Below are positions 57,994 through 64,000 of a stretch of 64,000 bases of DNA, in pieces. The translations under genes and the position numbers were made by a program. Source of the stretch: an uncultured Alphaproteobacteria bacterium (lineage in GTDB: Bacteria > Pseudomonadota > Alphaproteobacteria > UBA7985); the NCBI GenBank assembly GCA_905479265.1, contig CAJQLX010000014.1:9082-73081 (forward strand). The letters run 5' to 3'. The notes under the pieces were generated by a model. That model saw nothing but the letters and a program-made list of their open reading frames with translations, was not told the DNA's origin and searched no databases. Each line of letters begins with the position of its first letter. The first letter of the stretch is position 1.

Positions 57994-58731
57994 ATGTTTA
58001 TTGCCGGTAATTGGAAGATGAACGGTACGGTTGCACAGGCACGCGACCTCGCGCAGGCACTGGTCAATGGCCTGCCTGATGGTGCACCAGCAACGGCCAT
58101 TTTCCCACCAGCAATCCACCTCGCAGCCGTCCACGACATCATCAAAGACAGCCCCATCTTCATGGGTGGCCAAGACTGTTCCAGCGCGGAAAACGGCGCG
58201 CATACCGGTGATCTGTCGGTGGCGATGCTGGCCGACATCGGCGCGCGCGGCGTGATCGTTGGCCATTCCGAGCGAAGAACGGATCACGGCGAGAGCAACG
58301 AAGCCATTCTGGGCAAGGTCAAGGCCGCACAGAGCGCTGGTTTAGGCGCGGTTCTGTGTGTGGGCGAAACGTTGGATGAACGGCAGTCCGGACGGGCTGA
58401 GACGGTGGTCCAGTCACAGCTGGCGGCCTGCCTGCCGACCACTTTCGATTCTGGTAGCGTTGTTATCGCCTACGAGCCCGTTTGGGCCATTGGAACCGGC
58501 ATGGTCGCCACCGTGCAGGACATTTCCGCGATGCACAGCATGATCCGCCAGTGGCTCCAAGCCCATCGGCCTGAAATCGCTGACACGTTTATCCTCTATG
58601 GCGGCTCGGTAAAAGCCGCCAACGCCGCTGATGTCTTTGGCGCGGATGAGGTTGGTGGCGCGCTTGTGGGCGGTGCCAGCCTTAAAAGTGATGACTTTTT
58701 GGGAATTATCGCAGCAGCCATGAAGGCTTAA
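57994..58731 (+). CDS. tpiA: triose-phosphate isomerase
   Basis: AGGAGGAGG SD, MFIAGNWKMNG, GHSERR and AYEPVWAIGTG. Confidence 0.95.
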   Translation: MFIAGNWKMNGTVAQARDLAQALVNGLPDGAPATAIFPPAIHLAAVHDIIKDSPIFMGGQDCSSAENGAHTGDLSVAMLADIGARGVIVGHSERRTDHGESNEAILGKVKAAQSAGLGAVLCVGETLDERQSGRAETVVQSQLAACLPTTFDSGSVVIAYEPVWAIGTGMVATVQDISAMHSMIRQWLQAHRPEIADTFILYGGSVKAANAADVFGADEVGGALVGGASLKSDDFLGIIAAAMKA

Positions 58732-58808
58732 GCGTCTCAGACCCTTCCCTTCTGGCGTCTCTTGGCTTACCTACGGCTCAAACATTTAGTGAAAACGAGA
58801 CTTGCGGC

Positions 58809-59270
58809 ATGGATATCCTCACCGGTCTTCTTCTGACGACCCAGATTCTTGTGGCTTTTGCCCTGATTGCTATCGTCCTGATCCAGCAAACCGATAACTC
58901 TGGTTTGGGTTTGGCGGGTTCTGGTGGCGGCGGCGACGGCGGTTCACTGCTTCAAACGCGCGCTTCGGCGTCTTTTTTGACGCGTGCCACGTCGGTTCTC
59001 GCAGCGGCCTTTATCCTGATCAGCTTGGCGCAGGGCGTTGTTGCGGGGGGCTACGGCTCCTCTGGCGGCTTTATCTCCAACTCCTTGGGCCTGACCACGC
59101 CGGCTTCCGAAGTGGATAATTCCGCGCTGGCAAACCCCATCGTCTTTGATGACGCGCCCACCGGCGCAACGGACACGTCCAACCTGCTGTTCGATCCAAA
59201 CATTGGCCTCGATACGTCGGCAACCGACGACTCCGCGCCAGCAGACGACGCAGCAACTGACTCGCAGTAA
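58809..59270 (+). CDS. secG: preprotein translocase subunit SecG with an acidic low-complexity C-terminal tail
   Basis: MDILTGLLLTTQILVAFALIAIVLIQQ...GLG...GGGG SecG pattern. Confidence 0.85.
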   Translation: MDILTGLLLTTQILVAFALIAIVLIQQTDNSGLGLAGSGGGGDGGSLLQTRASASFLTRATSVLAAAFILISLAQGVVAGGYGSSGGFISNSLGLTTPASEVDNSALANPIVFDDAPTGATDTSNLLFDPNIGLDTSATDDSAPADDAATDSQ

Positions 59271-59347
59271 CAGCACAGCTGCTGTCCAAACCCGAGGGGG
59301 CGACTCTTGAAGACTCTTCTTGCGTCGCCGCCGACTCATGCGCATAA

Positions 59348-60988
<1,641 letters not shown>

Positions 60989-61098
60989 TTGCCAAAGCAC
61001 CGAGGTAGGTCATGCCGCGCTTGCGTTGAGTGACCTACCAAAATGCCGCACAGACCGCTAAACAGAACCAACCATTTTCCTCCACCACACACTGATAA

Positions 61099-62463
<1,365 letters not shown>

Positions 62464-62493
62464 GCCGGCCTAGAAAGAAAGGAAAGGCACACA

Positions 62494-63702
62494 ATGAACT
62501 GCGCTGCTCTCCTGCTTGCTGCTGGGTCGGGAACGCGGTTCAGTGCCGAACAGCCCAAGGTTCTTGCGCCGCTGAATGGACGGCGTGTGGTGTCTTGGGC
62601 GCTGGAAGCACTCGTCGGCTCTGATTCGATCAATCATATCGTCGTTATGGTGTCAGAAGACACGATGGACGCCGTTGCTGATCTGGTCGAAACGCTGGAA
62701 ACAGACAAAATCCTGGACATTGTCCTGGGTGGTCGCGAGCGGCAGGAAACGGTCTATCGTGGGTTGGAACACCTGAGTGACGAGGAAGCGCCGGATTACG
62801 TCCTGATCCATGATGCAGCCCGTCCCGGTTTGATGACCAGCGACGTTAATCGCATGGTTCAGCGGCTGGTCCGAATGGAAACAAAAGGCCTGACAGCCGG
62901 TCTTCCGGCGTCTGACACCCTTGTTCGCCTTGACCGTACATCGTCCTACCTCAGCGTCATCGAACGCTCTGAAGTCTACCGCGTGCAAACGCCGCAAGGC
63001 TTCCCCTTTGCGGCTATTCTCGCTGCGCACCAAGCGCTGGAAGAGACCATCTTCACCTGTGATGCGACGCTTTATCAGGATCATGGCGGACAGGTGGAAA
63101 TCATCACTCTGCCCCACCCCGATCGGCTGATGAAACTCACCTACAGCGATGATCTCGACGCGCTAGCCAACGTCCTCGACCGTCGTCCGGCGCAAGACAC
63201 GCTGGAGCCGCGGATGGGAACGGGTTTTGACGTTCACGCCTTTGGCGACCCGGACACCGATGGCGCGCTGTTTCTGTGCGGGGTTGAGTTACCCGGCGAG
63301 CGCCCGCTCAAGGGGCACTCCGACGCTGACGTGGGATTGCATACCATCACAGACGCGGTTTACGGCGCACTGGCGGATGGCGACATCGGCCACCACTTTC
63401 CGCCCTCTGACCCACAGTGGAAGGGCGCGGCGAGCCCGCAGTTCCTCGAGCACGCAACCGAGCGCGTGCGGGAGCGTGGCGGACGCATCGCGCACGTCGA
63501 CCTTACGCTGATCTGTGAAACGCCCAAGATTGGCCCGCACCGCGACGCCATGCGCGCCCGTGTTGCCGAGATCATGGAATTACCGCTCTTGCGGGTCTCA
63601 GTTAAAGCGACAACGACGGAAAAACTGGGTTTTACCGGACGTGGCGAAGGCATTGCCGCGCAGGCTGTGGTGACGCTCATGCTGCCCGGAGACGAGCTGT
63701 GA
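62494..63702 (+). CDS. ispDF: bifunctional MEP cytidylyltransferase / MEcPP synthase IspDF
   Basis: N-terminal LLAAGSGTRF (IspD). The C-terminal part has GTGFDVHAF...GHSDADV (IspF). Confidence 0.92.
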   Translation: MNCAALLLAAGSGTRFSAEQPKVLAPLNGRRVVSWALEALVGSDSINHIVVMVSEDTMDAVADLVETLETDKILDIVLGGRERQETVYRGLEHLSDEEAPDYVLIHDAARPGLMTSDVNRMVQRLVRMETKGLTAGLPASDTLVRLDRTSSYLSVIERSEVYRVQTPQGFPFAAILAAHQALEETIFTCDATLYQDHGGQVEIITLPHPDRLMKLTYSDDLDALANVLDRRPAQDTLEPRMGTGFDVHAFGDPDTDGALFLCGVELPGERPLKGHSDADVGLHTITDAVYGALADGDIGHHFPPSDPQWKGAASPQFLEHATERVRERGGRIAHVDLTLICETPKIGPHRDAMRARVAEIMELPLLRVSVKATTTEKLGFTGRGEGIAAQAVVTLMLPGDEL

Positions 63703-64000
63703 GCAGCAACAGCACCCGTGCACGCGCTGTTATCGCGCAAATGAGCGCCCGTGGATGGCGGCTGGCACTGGCGGAGAGCTGCACCGGAGGCTTGATCTCG
63801 GCAACCATCACCGGCGAATCCGGTGCGTCCCGCATTCTCGAAGCCTCGATCACGGCCTACGCCAACGAAGCAAAAGAAGCGCTGTTGGGTGTTCCAAAGC
63901 AGATGATGATCGATCATGGCGCGGTCTCAGCCCAAGTGGCCCTGCACATGGCACAAGCCGCACGCGCGGCCACGATGTCAGATGTGGGTCTCGGAGTAAC
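63699..64000 (+). CDS. CinA-family nicotinamide-nucleotide amidohydrolase (PncC domain), 3'-truncated by the window edge
   Basis: GTG 63699 overlaps the ispDF stop. LALAESCTGGLISATITGESGAS...AYANEAKEALLGV is typical of the CinA C-terminal domain. Confidence 0.75.
   Translation, partial: MSSNSTRARAVIAQMSARGWRLALAESCTGGLISATITGESGASRILEASITAYANEAKEALLGVPKQMMIDHGAVSAQVALHMAQAARAATMSDVGLGV

Noticed and set aside
59100-59270. Acidic low-complexity C-terminal tail on SecG.
   Set aside because: It is a low-complexity extension with nothing in the sequence to indicate a function. It is probably lineage-typical variation.
61004-61039. 9-bp inverted repeat GGTAGGTCA...TGACCTACC after pyrG, considered as a terminator.
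   Set aside because: The loop is 18 nt and there is no U-tract on either strand, so there is insufficient support.

Overview
This is a 64-kb chromosomal window from a moderately GC-rich alphaproteobacterium. The IspDF fusion, the MerR-IhfA pair, the nrdR-ribD-ribE-ribBX-ribH-nusB-thiL string and the TRAP transporter look Rhodobacterales-like, but this is inference from gene content and protein sequence only. Most of the window is densely packed core housekeeping. It holds a complete System I cytochrome c maturation set (ccmHGFEDC divergent from ccmAB, including a ccmD too short for the ORF track). It also holds clpP-clpX, ihfA, plsX-rpmF, hemB, rpiB-glyA, the riboflavin cluster, ppa, bamE, trpE, tpiA, secG, pyrG, eno, ispDF, malate synthase G and one tRNA-Glu(UUC). 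Two stretches look accessory. (1) 9.3-16.2 kb is bracketed by conspicuously AT-rich DNA. It contains a three-gene cluster: two Sec-signal Gly/Ser/Asn/Gln-rich small proteins plus a porin-like beta-barrel with a long Pro/Gln-rich N-terminal extension. It also contains a DadA-family dehydrogenase behind a textbook tandem glycine riboswitch, and a large cadherin-domain protein. (2) 19-30 kb is a catabolic/redox block: TetR, nitronate monooxygenase, acyl-CoA ligase, an orphan Rieske oxygenase alpha subunit, and a TRAP operon with an embedded GST and a tandem OsmC-like fusion. This block also has a relic VOC gene and an Old Yellow Enzyme, and the TRAP operon is preceded by an array of TTTGGGATCC motifs. 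I see no CRISPR array, transposase, integrase, rRNA or recognisable phage-defence genes. My best candidate for an undescribed system is the 9.3-12.9 kb secreted-fibre/amyloid-like cluster, and its function is inference only.
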